Source: Amoebophrya sp. A120
Taxonomy: Eukaryota; Protista; Dinoflagellata
Length of the DNA: 64,000 nucleotides
Direction of reading: 5' to 3'
NCBI GenBank assembly: GCA_905178155.1
Contig: CAJINV010000004.1
Span: 5,744,828-5,808,827, forward strand
The translations under genes were made by a program, and so were the position numbers. Below are positions 1-11,748 of this stretch, in pieces. Within the stretch, counting starts at the first letter, position 1. Each line of letters starts with the position of its first letter. Below the pieces are notes generated by a model. It searched no databases, was not told where the DNA came from, and saw only the letters and a list, made by a program, of their open reading frames with translations.

Positions 1-419
1 GCGGAATTCAAATTCTTGTCCATCAGGTCGTAAAAATTCCTGTCCGCCGCTTCTTCGAAAAGGTACTGTGGGAGTTGTGTGGACTTTCCGCTGCCCGTGG
101 CGCCAATGATGCAGCAAACCGGGTGTAGGTCAATATGGGCGAGAATCTCGCCCCGGCAGGCGGCGATCGGAAGGCTTTGATGCACATTGACGCGTTTATT
201 GCTTCTCGTCCTGGATGAAGCACAAGCAGCAGGAAGAAACGACCTTTGGTCAGCAGATAACTGGAAGTCCGTTTTTGCTTTCCGGAGGGAAAGTTCTTGC
301 GCCTGTTGTGGACGAGTCGCCGTATTTATCATAGACAGGAACGTAATGCTGCTGTGTTCATCTTCCTGGAAATCAAAATCATAGATTAAGTTCTGGAGAA
401 GGAGTTCTGTCAGAAAACA

Positions 420-3400
420 TCAAAAGCAAATGCAAAACATCGCAAGACTACTTAGATCAATAAGCACCTGGTCTGAATGCGAATTTCCCTCAAGCGCGTT
501 GGCGTTACCCTCCTCGTCGATGGTCATTTTCGTGTCGCCGTCGTCAGATTTTCCAGTGCCACGCCAGGAGAGAAAAAAGATGTCTTCGTCCGTTGAAGCA
601 ACCTCGTAGTACTCGTTGTCGTTCTCGTCACCGGCACGATCTTCGTGTCTAAGCGCTGCGTTTTGGTTTTTTTCCTCCTTTTCCGATTCGGAGCAGAAGT
701 TGTTCTCGTCGCCGAATAGCATGCTTTCCTCTTCGTCGACGACCATTTCAAAGAATTCGTCGTGCGCTCTCTGTTGTCTCCCGCCCCCGAAGTAGTAAAT
801 TCCGCCCGGCAGAAATAAAGCGTCTCTTGTTTCCGAGAAAATTTCCCACAGCGCCTCGCAGTCAAAAGCTGTACTTCTAGCCGAAGCACCGGAGAACAGA
901 ACTTCCTGGAGTAAAGAACGCTTTTTGGCTGTGATGTCCGCTGCTACTGTTGATCCTGTCCTAGTAGCCGAGGTTGTACTGGAAGCAGACGACCCCCCTG
1001 CGACAGCAGGAAAAAGCGTCAACGCATCCGCCATCCGTCTGTTTAAAGCGGTTATGGGCTTCGGCGGACCTCGGACCTTTCGCTCCGATTTTTTGGAACC
1101 TCCAGCGTCAACGACCAGCCCCGGGTAGCAGTCGTGCAGGTTGAAGTCGTTCAAACAACCGCAATTGAGCAAAAGCGAGAGTATATTTTCCTCTTCTTGT
1201 TCTACTTTTTCAGCCGGCGTCGACGTCTTCGACGTAGTACTAGATGTGGCATCTTGAAGATCTTCGTGAAACTCCTTTGTTCTGCGCCTCGTCTCAGATG
1301 TTGCTGAAAACACGAACCCAAGCTTTTTGACAACCGTGCGAAGCAGCGGCTCGAGAACGTAGCACCGCTCGGCGCAGTAAGAAAGCAGCTCGGGCGAAGG
1401 CGCAGCAGGAGGAGGAGCTGCTGCTGCATAATTGTTAGCAGCAATTCTACTGCGAGAACTACCGGAAGGGGTAGAGGTAGTTGTTCGTCTCCCTCCTGCT
1501 GTTGATCGGAGTGTGCAGTATCGTTCTGATTCTCCGGAAAGGCGCAGGGACCGATCCCAGACAGACTCGGAAGTCAATACATTGTCGAGCGAAGCGTTCT
1601 GCTCCAAGTGCTGAATCATGGCGCTAAGATCATGCTGGTGCTCTTCTTGCTGGTCAGCATCAGTAAGCGACGTACCATGTTGTCGTAGATCACGACCATC
1701 TTCAATGTCGGTCAGTAAGTACTGAATGAAAAGCGCTTGGACGTCCAGGAGGTTGAGAACGGTTTTGTCCACTTTTCGGCCGGCCTGTTTCTGTTTCCTC
1801 TGAAATAAGGCAGAAGTCGATGAAGTCGCAGATGTTGATGCAATGCCTTTATCCTCCACGTAATCAACATAATCCAGCTGGTCCTCGAAATCTAGAAAGG
1901 TCTTCAACAGAAACCATTCCTTGACCTTGAATGAAAAGAAAAGCTTCAACAAATTCTTTTCTTCCAGAACTTTCAAGCGCAGGACCTTCGCGCACTTTCC
2001 CAGTTCTTTGCGATAGCTGGAATATCCAAAAAAAGCTGCAATCCGTTCCACGTCGAGAAGGATAATGAAAGAACTCTGGTTGCAGCAGAGACATAACTGG
2101 CTCACGACCGGGTCAACATGAGTGGAGAGCAAATCCCACACCAATTTCGTATCCTGAAAGAAGTCCCGGGTTGTTTGGTGGTGTGTGTGCTGGTGATCGT
2201 TCTTCGTCCCCCCGTCGAATATGAGTTGAGGCAGCAGGAAGAGGCTGCAACAGGATGTTGAAACTGGGTCTGCACATGGTGAGCGGTTATCAACATCATC
2301 AAGGAACAACAGGCCCCGCATCTCCTCCACGGCAGCTTGGAACGCTGCGCTCGAGGCACAGTAGCGGAACTCCACTTTTGGTGGTATAAGAATCTCTGAA
2401 CAAATCGCCAAGCGTCTCGTCATCTTTTCGTGGAAAGCAGGGGTGTATTGGGGACAGGCATTGCTACATACCCTACTCTGCCGCGCCGACGAGAAGCGGC
2501 CCAGGCCAACATCTGCGTAGTTCCCTGAGGTTGACATCAAGTCAGGCAGAACCAGTCCAGGAATGAAGAAGGTTCCGGAGGCAAACAGAGAGTGCAGGGC
2601 GATCGAGGAAGCTTCATCATCAAAAATGCCGTCGTGCAGCGGAGGATCTTGTTCGTCTAAGCGATTTTTCGTTTTCCCACTGTTTCGCCGTGCTCCTTCT
2701 CGTTCTCGTGTAGAAGAAGATGATGTCCTCGAACAAGATCTCCATTCCGCGTACACATGTTCCGGGGCTGGAAACTCCTCGACTCCTTCACATGTTTCGG
2801 CGCCCGTCGAAGGCATGTGGGGTAGAAAAGGTCTCGAGGTTTTTGTTGTAGAGATGTCTTCTTCATACCGCTCGTTCAATATTTCCACACAGGCAGGAGC
2901 CGCTAAAGCTAAACTGCTGTAGTCAATGTGCCCCTCAATGTCGACTGCAACTTCTGCGCTTATCGATGGCGTTTCGATAGCGCCGGCGCTACCGCTAGTA
3001 TTTCCGACGGGGTCGTTGATGTCGGAGGCGGAGGCGATAGCGACTTTATCATCTTCTGTACCACCACCAGCCAGGACTTGTGGGCCGAAATCCGTCTCAT
3101 CGCCTTGAGGAGAAGACTCTTGCTGCGAGGAGAGCAGCTGAAATTCCTCTCCTTCAACATCTAGCGGCGTTGAGCCCTCTTTTTCATCCGGATTGTCTTC
3201 CGATTTCGGTACCAATACTAATTCCGCATCCGCCATGTCCTCGTCCACAGCCTCATCAAACCGAGTCACTTCTATTGTGTCGCTGCGAGGACTGCTCTCT
3301 GACGAGGAAGTCGAAGTGCTGCCGGATTGAGATTCATCATCCGAAACAAAGCCTTGGGAAGAAGGCGGAGAACTCATGCTGTCCCAGTCGTCACCTTGTT

Positions 3401-6400
3401 CGGCAGGAACGGCCTGGCGGCTCGAAGGCGGCATCGAATTTGCGCCGCCGGTCTTTCGGTTGATAGCTGCATCACTTTCGACGACGTAGTCGGAGCCTGA
3501 GTCCTCTACCTCGTCTGTCGCGTGACGATTTCTCGGGTGCTCTTGACCGCATTTTATTTTTCCAAAAGAATCATCGGCTTTGGAAGCTGCGCCTACGGCT
3601 ACTCCGCCTTCGTCGTCCGATGGTTCTTGGCTTTGCTCTTCGTGCTCTCCCCGGACAGGACCACCTAGCCCTTGTCCCGCCATGTCCAAAAATTTTCTTT
3701 CTAGCAGCGCAGGATGCTGGTCGACGAAGTCGTGCCGTAGACTGTCGAAATCCGGACTGTGAAACAGCGATTTGCGCAGCAAATTGCTGAAGTTCTCCGT
3801 GGTTATTACGTTCTTTTGGGCTTGGTGCTCTCCGTTGTCAAATTTATTCCCAAAACCACATGACAAAAAAGCATCCCGAACCGCTTGGAGAAATTTTACG
3901 TCCTCAGACTTCTCCCTCACAGTCAGGAACTCCATACCGTCTGAAGCGATAGTAGAGGTGCTGGCACTAATATGCGCTAACTCTTCTTCGTCATCAAGGG
4001 AAGATGCAAATAAATTATCGTTACAACTTTTCCGCGCCGCATCTCCTACCTCGTCGTCCGCGAACACAGTGAGCTGTGACGAGCCGTTTTCATTTTGCCG
4101 CACCCCCGGGTAGAACCTGCGCATGCCGTGCCTTGCTAGCAACGCGGACAATGCTGTACCAAGCTGGTCCTTTGTCGTTAGCGGAACTACGGCATGACTG
4201 TCGACTTCCTCCTCCTCCTCCTCCTCATTCACGGACTCCGCTAATGCGGACCGTAGGGCTGCAAGCCCTCCCGCGTTTGCGATCATGGACAAGACGACCT
4301 GGGCGCAGCACGGGCCCGGGAGAAAGCCACCCCGTACATCCAGGTGCAGCTTGAGGAGCTGGGCACGGAGGAAATCCGTTGCCAGAGGGTCCCATGTGTG
4401 GCGCTCAAGTTGCATCTGTTTTCCCTGCAGCGTGAGTCGCTGCCTATGTTTATTTTGAAGCTGCTGTGCGAAGGAAGATGAAGACCCACTATCAAGCGGA
4501 TTTCTTTTTTTCAGCTCGATGCATTCTCGCTTCAGTATGCGCAGAAACCGGCAGCACCACTTTAGACCTTCTTCCTCGAGAACAGGATCGGAACAGTTGG
4601 TCGACGAGGTCTTGTCCCGAGATGAATCCACTTCCTCGGCCGCCGCACTGGTGTTCGCCATCGAAGTGATTGCCGCAGCGGGAAGCAATCTCCGCCCTTC
4701 ATCCACGGTTTGGATGCCCTTAAAGTCGAAAAAGAACTCGAACAAGGTCTGGACGAAGGAGAAAAGGCTTGTTGTGCCGTTTATTTCTTGATGATGATTG
4801 TTCACATTAGATCCTGAAGACTCCTTTCGCCACCACCAAGCGATAACTCGCGCTACTTTAACCAACTGCTTCGTTAGCTTTTCCCTGAGGGAGACGTCGA
4901 ACGGCTTATTCTTCCCAACAGGCTTGGCGGTCAGCAGTGGGTAGGCGAAGAGCTGTAACAGGCGGAGCGGGGTGACAAAAGGCTGGTGGGGCTTATTTCG
5001 TGGGGCTGGGGGCGGCGTGGGGACGTTTACTATTTCATCATCCGGTCGTGGCCCTTCATTCTCATTTTGGCCCATCATATCCTCGTCCCCGTCCCCACTT
5101 GATGCATCTTCATCATCGTCAGGCATTTGGTCTTGCAGTGCGAGGGCCTCGGCGCAACCATGAAAATTCGCCTCATCGTCGCCGAAGAAGGGCGGAAATA
5201 ACCGAAGCTCCAACAACTCTTCAACATGCAGCTCGGGTGCTCCTGTCGTGGAGAGTTGTTTTCGGCCTGTTTTACTCATGTACAACTTTCTCCACATTGC
5301 ATACCTTTCGTACAGCTCCACCAGCAAGGCTTCCGTGTGCTCGAAGCAGATATCCACCCCCACTCGCTGGAGGTGCTGAGACAATTCCATCCGCAGCGAA
5401 AGCTGGGTGGTGATAGCCAGAACCAGCTGCGACAGGATCGAGAAGCAAACCTCTGGGTAAAAGTTCTTCTGGTCATTCTTCTGGTCGCCTGGAGGCGCAT
5501 CTAGTATTGAATAGACGCGCCGCTGGATGACGGTCAGCAGTAGATCCGAAGGGCAGCGGTCTTGCGTAGCCAATGCGGAAAAGCTCGACCAGAGTGCGCA
5601 AGCTGGAGCGGCGTTGCCTTTGTTCGTCAGACTCTTCTTCAGGTCGAAAAGCAGCCGCACGTCAGGAAACAAGAACCCGTCGCTTGCAACGTTCACACCA
5701 CGATCCTCTGCATACGCTTCATGAAGATGATTATTTGCATCGTCCGTGCAGCCCGATAATTGCGACGTTGCACTACGCCCCTCATCGAAGAGAAACGGAA
5801 GGTAGTTGCGAAGAAAAAACTCCGGCGCGGTGAGTTTCAGCCCCTGCCACACCCACTGCCCCTTCGCCAGATTCATAGCTCTCCACAACGCAGCCAGCAC
5901 AAAGTGCGGCAGGGGCCATTTCGGCGTTACCTTTTCCAGGATCGCCCAGCATTCTTGCCGGTCTTGCTCTATCCGCTCGGAATTGGTTGCGCTAGAGATG
6001 ATGTTTCGTACCTCGTCCTCCTTTGTGAGTCTGCCTTTGAGGTAGTCCGAAACCTGCAGCAGGATCCACTTGCGCACCGTTGCCCGCCGTGTCTTGCGCG
6101 AGGCAGTGCGGAGGCTAAATAGCAGATTTTCCAGCGGGTGTAGCGCCCTCACTGCAACATTGCCACCATAATTTATTCCCGTGTTCTTCGGCGGACCAGT
6201 GTGTCCGTCTTCGTCCTGGGCAAAAGTGAAAAGGCACAGATCCGGTTCGCGCTTGACGCTGCTTTCGCATGTGGCTTTCTCAGTGCAGAGCAGAACCCTA
6301 CACGCGGACATCCAGCGTGCCACAGCGCAGTCCTGCACAAGCTTTTTGACAACCTGAGCAGCGACTGTTGATGTTGATGAAACAGAGCCGGAAGCACTGT

Positions 6401-6494
6401 CCTCGTTCCAGACACAGGTGTAGGCATGATGGAATACCTCCACCACTTGCGTCAGCCTTTTTTTATCCAGCTCGGGGCACCGTGGCCGCGTCAT
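420..6494 (-). CDS. Large intronless protein (2024 aa) with a degenerate C-terminal 3'-5' exonuclease (EXD3/Mut-7-like) domain
   Basis: Single long ORF. Segments VSQLCLCCNQSSFIILLDV, KVLEEKNLLKLFFSF, LLDVQALF, SLDNVL and ELLSYCAERCYVLEPL occur in the order of DnaQ-like exonuclease motifs. Catalytic acidic residues are not evident. Start codon uncertain. Confidence 0.6.
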   Translation of the reverse strand: MTRPRCPELDKKRLTQVVEVFHHAYTCVWNEDSASGSVSSTSTVAAQVVKKLVQDCAVARWMSACRVLLCTEKATCESSVKREPDLCLFTFAQDEDGHTGPPKNTGINYGGNVAVRALHPLENLLFSLRTASRKTRRATVRKWILLQVSDYLKGRLTKEDEVRNIISSATNSERIEQDRQECWAILEKVTPKWPLPHFVLAALWRAMNLAKGQWVWQGLKLTAPEFFLRNYLPFLFDEGRSATSQLSGCTDDANNHLHEAYAEDRGVNVASDGFLFPDVRLLFDLKKSLTNKGNAAPACALWSSFSALATQDRCPSDLLLTVIQRRVYSILDAPPGDQKNDQKNFYPEVCFSILSQLVLAITTQLSLRMELSQHLQRVGVDICFEHTEALLVELYERYAMWRKLYMSKTGRKQLSTTGAPELHVEELLELRLFPPFFGDDEANFHGCAEALALQDQMPDDDEDASSGDGDEDMMGQNENEGPRPDDEIVNVPTPPPAPRNKPHQPFVTPLRLLQLFAYPLLTAKPVGKNKPFDVSLREKLTKQLVKVARVIAWWWRKESSGSNVNNHHQEINGTTSLFSFVQTLFEFFFDFKGIQTVDEGRRLLPAAAITSMANTSAAAEEVDSSRDKTSSTNCSDPVLEEEGLKWCCRFLRILKRECIELKKRNPLDSGSSSSFAQQLQNKHRQRLTLQGKQMQLERHTWDPLATDFLRAQLLKLHLDVRGGFLPGPCCAQVVLSMIANAGGLAALRSALAESVNEEEEEEEVDSHAVVPLTTKDQLGTALSALLARHGMRRFYPGVRQNENGSSQLTVFADDEVGDAARKSCNDNLFASSLDDEEELAHISASTSTIASDGMEFLTVREKSEDVKFLQAVRDAFLSCGFGNKFDNGEHQAQKNVITTENFSNLLRKSLFHSPDFDSLRHDFVDQHPALLERKFLDMAGQGLGGPVRGEHEEQSQEPSDDEGGVAVGAASKADDSFGKIKCGQEHPRNRHATDEVEDSGSDYVVESDAAINRKTGGANSMPPSSRQAVPAEQGDDWDSMSSPPSSQGFVSDDESQSGSTSTSSSESSPRSDTIEVTRFDEAVDEDMADAELVLVPKSEDNPDEKEGSTPLDVEGEEFQLLSSQQESSPQGDETDFGPQVLAGGGTEDDKVAIASASDINDPVGNTSGSAGAIETPSISAEVAVDIEGHIDYSSLALAAPACVEILNERYEEDISTTKTSRPFLPHMPSTGAETCEGVEEFPAPEHVYAEWRSCSRTSSSSTREREGARRNSGKTKNRLDEQDPPLHDGIFDDEASSIALHSLFASGTFFIPGLVLPDLMSTSGNYADVGLGRFSSARQSRVCSNACPQYTPAFHEKMTRRLAICSEILIPPKVEFRYCASSAAFQAAVEEMRGLLFLDDVDNRSPCADPVSTSCCSLFLLPQLIFDGGTKNDHQHTHHQTTRDFFQDTKLVWDLLSTHVDPVVSQLCLCCNQSSFIILLDVERIAAFFGYSSYRKELGKCAKVLRLKVLEEKNLLKLFFSFKVKEWFLLKTFLDFEDQLDYVDYVEDKGIASTSATSSTSALFQRKQKQAGRKVDKTVLNLLDVQALFIQYLLTDIEDGRDLRQHGTSLTDADQQEEHQHDLSAMIQHLEQNASLDNVLTSESVWDRSLRLSGESERYCTLRSTAGGRRTTTSTPSGSSRSRIAANNYAAAAPPPAAPSPELLSYCAERCYVLEPLLRTVVKKLGFVFSATSETRRRTKEFHEDLQDATSSTTSKTSTPAEKVEQEEENILSLLLNCGCLNDFNLHDCYPGLVVDAGGSKKSERKVRGPPKPITALNRRMADALTLFPAVAGGSSASSTTSATRTGSTVAADITAKKRSLLQEVLFSGASARSTAFDCEALWEIFSETRDALFLPGGIYYFGGGRQQRAHDEFFEMVVDEEESMLFGDENNFCSESEKEEKNQNAALRHEDRAGDENDNEYYEVASTDEDIFFLSWRGTGKSDDGDTKMTIDEEGNANALEGNSHSDQVLIDLSSLAMFCICF

Positions 6495-7522
6495 GGCAGC
6501 ATGCAGGGCGGTCCATACTCGTCGTGCAGAGAAGCCATGAGAAATTCTATGACTTCTTGCATATCAGGCTGTGGTTGCTGGTACAAATAAGTAGAGGGGT
6601 TCAAATCAAGGGCGTAGTGGAGGCGGTCTCTGAGGATGAATGCGGCATGTTACTTCTACTGAGGATAAATGCGGCACTTCGGACTTCAAATAGGTTCGCA
6701 TATCACTTCTACCATACGTAAATTTGAAGGAAAAAGACCTGTACTACGATACTCGTCTACTTTCGGGGACCCAGGGGACCATCCGTAGTTAAGAAACTCA
6801 AACTAATGCATGGGCATACCATGGCCAAAGGGAAAGGGGTGACAACGGGAGCGAAGGCTAATATATAAACAAGAAAAGATGGCGTTACAAGGGCAGGCAC
6901 TTTGTCCTTGTTCTTGACAGGAAGCGATACCAATGCATCGACGATAAATGGATCTGCGGGAATTAGTTTTCGCGATTCAACAACGAGCACGAGCTGAATC
7001 GAATGGGCATGCCATAAGAGAGTTGTCAATACAATTCATGTATCTGTATTTCACTTCTTTTCTCCGTACAAGAACTGAGCGTACGATGGCAAGCGGCACA
7101 ATAAGTTTTTTTGTTTTTCTAGGTAGTGGATCCGGTTCTGGAAAAGCCACGGAGAGAAATACCAAGATAGATCGAAGCGGCGACATTTTGCTGATGCTGA
7201 GAGACCAACAACCTTCGGCACCATTCTTGATACGAAGCTGCACATAAACGGCCTCTGTAACACGCAAGTTTTGTCATTGTTTGCGCTTCAGTAAATCTTT
7301 CGATTCTTATTCCTGATACCTCTGGTCGAAATGTGAAACGCTGACCGGGACCCTGGGTCAGTATATTTTGGAAAAAATAAGGAAAAGAATTCGAACCGCT
7401 ACCGCACAGGTGTATATGTGCGTTTTGTTTTAACTTCTTCTTCATCATACAGCAAACATCGAAGGCTGAGAAAATGAAACTAGTAGTGCGAGCAAAAATA
7501 CATGACAACGACAACCTTCTTA

Positions 7523-9708
7523 CTACTTCGGCAACAGCTTGTCTCCGGCGGCGTCGTATGAACTGCAAAAGCATCGCTCTAGTATAAATTGCATTACAAA
7601 TTAGCTCAGCATTACAAATTGAATTTGTAATGCTGATTCACCTTGAGAAAGAGATTTGTAATGCATAAATGCAATGACTACAACGAGTATGATACTTTTG
7701 CACAGGATACGTCGGCTTTTCGTTCGGAGTACATCCCGAAGCAGGCGTGGGCCATGGGAATGGAGTACCCCGTATCAAATGCAAAAGTGTCTGGGTCTGG
7801 AAGAATGCAAGTTTGTCATGCTTGTCTGGCATGACTCGCGCATCTGTGTTTCCTAGGCACGAAAAGTAGGCCTTCTTACCTGTCATGTTGGAAGGCTAAG
7901 GGCAGGGCGTCCCCATGTAAATTATTTCGACAAACAGTAGCCGCATACCCGGTAAACTCTAGCGGAATTTATTGGGCAGTGCGATTTCTACCGAAGAACA
8001 ACCACAGCATCTACTGGGACGGCTGCGACGGAAGATGTGTGGGTGCCCAAGTAGAAATAGTTCTGCGCAACGCCATCAACTAGCACCGAGGGAGAAAAAA
8101 GAAAGGTAGAAAAGTGAGAAGCGAGATACTAAGACACAGCCCCACTTACGAAAGAAACACCCTAAAAAGTGGACACACCTATGCGTAGCAGAGTAAAATG
8201 TCCTGAACGCGGGAGCGCGCGCATGAAGAATCAAGCAAGGACGTGCATGCAAATGGCCGAGCAAGTAAATATATGTAGAGAGTGAAACTCTGGTGAAAAA
8301 ACGGGCAAGCAGGAACCCGGATGGACAAACGAGAACATCATGACCAAACCAAAGACCACAAAAAGCATGACAAACTAGGCCAGTCTGCTACACAAGGTGA
8401 AGCCAGGGTGGAATTTAGTTGTAACCCTGAACGGTAAGCCCATAAAAAATCTAAAGCGCTACACAAAATTTCTATCACTAGACCGGTCAATCCACTTCTG
8501 CCTGTACCGTCTCTAACTCGATGGTTTTCTCTGCCACCCTAAGAAGTGGCAAGTGAATGCATGTCATGCCAAGTAGAGACCACTACGACGCGCAACAGCG
8601 GCGCAAGCCAAGTTTTCATTCCCAGAAGGCAGGAGCCCTCGCATACAAAAGTGCCAGTAACCCTGAACAACATACAAAACAGACAGCCGGGCTGTAGAAA
8701 ACAACAAGGGAAACTGGCAGCGGGAGGGGAAGAGGAAAACCTAGTGTCGTAGCTAGTCGAGAAAACCGGAGGTAGAGTGCTCGCTATTTTCCGCGTCTTA
8801 GTTGGTTGCTCAAGGGTACAGGCGCCGGCTCCACCATGAGCAACCACGCGAAAAATACGTGGATATTACTTTTCATGCAAAATTTCATTTCATCCTTCTT
8901 ACCTGTCATGCAAAAACGCAATAAGTTTCCGATGCGGAATACGTAAGACATGGGAGCCAAAAAATTTGTCATGCATAACTGCGTATTGCAGTGCCTCTAC
9001 CATGCACTTTTAGCATTACAAGCTTCCAGACCCAGAGATATTTGCAATCCATACCCCGCGAGCAGGCAATCGACCACGGCCGTGCCGATCACAATCTGGC
9101 TTTTCGCGGCCGTGTAACCTAGCATTAACGCGGTCAGCGCCCCCACCGACATGAGGAGGCCGAGGTAATAAAGGACACCCAAGAAGGCGACGCAGCACGG
9201 GAGGCAACAACAATTCTCTTTCACGATGGCGTACCAGAAGAGGTGGGTGAAGAAAAGGCCGAGGAGAACGGTGGCGACTACCTGGATTATGATGTATTCC
9301 GCGTTCTTTGTGGTCATCATGCGTCCTCCTGTGCTCTCTTGGTTCTGATATTCGTAACTTCGAAGAAAGAAAATGAGGATCGTTGCACGTTGTAGTAATT
9401 CAGGATTTTTGCTATTGCTTTCTTTTCAGAATTATAAGTACCTGTCCCAAAACGTGTCCAACTAAATGCCCGCCGAAGAGCGCCAGCACCGCGATGCCCA
9501 CAAAGACCTGGTAGACCACCTGCATCCAAAAAATCGTGGCCATACCGAATTCGTATGCGAGCGCGTTCTCATCCTTGCTCCAGGAGAAAGAGAGGTATTC
9601 CTTAAACCGGGTCTTCGCGTCCTTTTTGCTGCTCGCCGGCTGGAACTTCAGGGTCTCGATGAACTCCGTGAACGAAGTCACGTAGCCATTGCACGAACAA
9701 CAACCCAT
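7523..9708 (-). CDS. Multi-pass membrane protein, ~214 aa, 4 exons
   Basis: Exons 9442-9708, 9054-9344, 7710-7767 and 7523-7551 (645 nt, in frame). One GT-AG intron (9345-9441) and two introners. Junctions read ...DCLLAG|YSIPMAH... and ...KAD|AAGDKLLPK*. Several hydrophobic helices. Confidence 0.75.
7557..7709. mobile_element. Introner family A (153 bp)
   Basis: Ends TATGAACTGCAAAAG...CTTTTGCACAGGATA, flanked by direct repeat CGTCG. Removal restores frame. Confidence 0.9.
7773..9053. mobile_element. Introner family B carrying a 1-kb nested insertion (258 bp when empty)
   Basis: TIR TAT-N4-TGCAAAA..TCTGGGTCTGGAAG at both ends. Direct repeat CCCCG at 7768-7772 and 9054-9058. Confidence 0.9.
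7888..8893 (+). mobile_element. 1006-bp insertion with 17-bp target duplication; probable 5'-truncated non-LTR retroelement or SINE-like element
   Basis: CCTTCTTACCTGTCATG is repeated at 7871-7887 and 8894-8910. The insert ends in TTTCATTTCAT and has an open frame at 7889-8083. Orientation is inferred. Confidence 0.65.
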
Positions 9709-10701
9709 CTTGTCGAAAGTTCCTCTTGTTCCGTATATGCAATGAGCGCGATATGAACCACGAGGTCGTGTCTATTTAGTGCACAAGCAGAGAGTTTTAC
9801 CTTCACGACGAAAACCTTTGTCCGCTCTTGTGTAAAGAGGGAAAAAACTGCATGCGGGCCTTGTCGCCAATAAAACTACTGACGAGCAGAATCTCCTGTG
9901 ACTTTCAGAAGGCCTCCAGAAGCTGAAAAGTCTTTCGCTCTCTCTGGTACAGCGCCAGCACTACACCTTTCCTTCGAAATAAGAAGCACAGATGCGACCG
10001 GTTTCCTTTCACTTCTAAGTGACCCGGGAACAAAAAGAACAAAAACAAGAGCAATGCAACAAACAGCACCGCCAATCGTTGAGAACGTCCCGGCAAGACA
10101 GGACTTTCTCCATGAGCGAGAAGCACGAGGGTGCGGTGGCTGAGTTTCATTGTAAATGTCCTGTTCCCGTGTACAGTTTCAATTTCTAACTATGTTGCGG
10201 AGGTGTCAACATTTTTAGGAAATAATATCGACCCAGGTGACGTCTTCCAATCTGGATCTGCATCTGCTTTGACTACCTTGTTTTCTACATTGGTTTCTGC
10301 AGGCAACAAGTGTGGTGGGCTGGTTGCGGATTCTTATATCCTTATCGGCAACCAACTGTGGTTTTGCTCCTGGCTCATCTTGGGAGAGAATACCGAGCCA
10401 TGTTTGCAAGAACCTGTCCACCCTCTGTCGTGCCGTAGTAGTTTTATTTGGCAGAAGTTTTCAGTCGCAGCAGAATGTTGATAGCGCATGATGTTGAGTG
10501 GATTGCTTCAGTAGACGACTCAAAATGTTCATGTTGTAGTTAGTTTCATTCAATCGTCGAATCGACGATGATTCATTTCCAATAAATCGTGGCCCACGAG
10601 CGCACAACATCATTCATCAAGTACAATGATCTACTTCCTACAACTTACGGTCATCTCCGCATTTTCGGTAGTACATATACCAAATCGATCCCAACTGTTT
10701 T

Positions 10702-11748
10702 CTACATGGTATTTCTTGCCTGCGGGAATCCACCGTCGTTCGAACTACTTCCAGGAGCACCAGCACCACTGCTGCTCGACGACGAGCTGGCCCCGGCTCC
10801 GAAGTTTTTGTTGTACCACTTGGACACAGCATTCGCCCCACTGACCGTGTTTCGCGCTACTGCTTTGCCCGTGTCACTTTCGGCCGCCTGCTTGCCCAGC
10901 CGCATCGCCTCCGAGGCGGTCTTCTTGCCTATCTCGGCGGCGCGGGTCGAGATCTGGTGCTTCTGATCGACCGACACGGCCTTGTTAATGGTGGTGGACG
11001 TCGCTTTGCCGATGGTCTTGGCCGCGTCGCCCACCTTGTCTTTTCGCGTGCAGGCGTAAACCGCCGCACCGCCCAGAGCCACCGCCGATATGGGGCCCAG
11101 GAGGACCAGACCCGCCGTGGCACCGACGAGCGCCGCGCCAGCTTTTGTACCGATCACCTTTATTTGTACAATAGGGTAAAAATGGTGATATTAAAAGAAG
11201 ATCGGGTTATTCTTACGGTTACGAATACCATCAATACAACAACCGTAAAACGAACCTGCATAAGAAGAAAAGCGGCGAGGACGACTCGCCAAGGTGAAGG
11301 TCTTCTGTTTTAGTACGATGTGTTTCTGTTTGTGCTGTTTAAATACAGCAGAGACAAGCAACTCATCTGTACTTACCCTAAAGTACACAAGTACCTTCTT
11401 GTCCCCGCCCGTCCCACTGCTCGAGGCTGTTGACGCCGTTTCCAGATTATACGCCACGCTGGTCAGCTGCAATCCACCCACCATGTCCTTGGCGGGGACG
11501 GGGGGCACCCCCGGGGGCAGGGAGTTCAGGTGGTCAATCCGCGACCGCACCTCGCGCTGGTGCTGCCGAATCGCATCGACATCGGCGTGGTTGGAGCTCA
11601 CCGCGGTAGCTTCTGCGAGGGACAGATGCTGCAGGGACAGGTCCCAGTGGTGTACGGCCCGGGTGTAGTCCCCTCGCTCGTCGTAGTTCAGCGCCTCACG
11701 CTCCGCTTCTGCAGCGGATGAGGCGTGCCGAGCAAGCTCGGCTTCCAT
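10702..11748 (-). CDS. MIT-like domain protein with a Gly/Ala-rich hydrophobic C-terminal region, 2 exons
   Basis: Exons 11395-11748 and 10702-11157 joined by GT-AG intron 11158-11394. N-terminal EALNYDERGDYTRAVHHWDLSLQHL resembles MIT helices. Confidence 0.7.

Noticed and set aside
7701-7710. GTATCCTG/ATATCCTG introner ends resembling U12 (AT-AC) 5' splice sites
   Set aside because: Present at only some ends, found in both orientations (e.g. 24452, 23048), and absent from families B-D. It is part of the TIR vocabulary.
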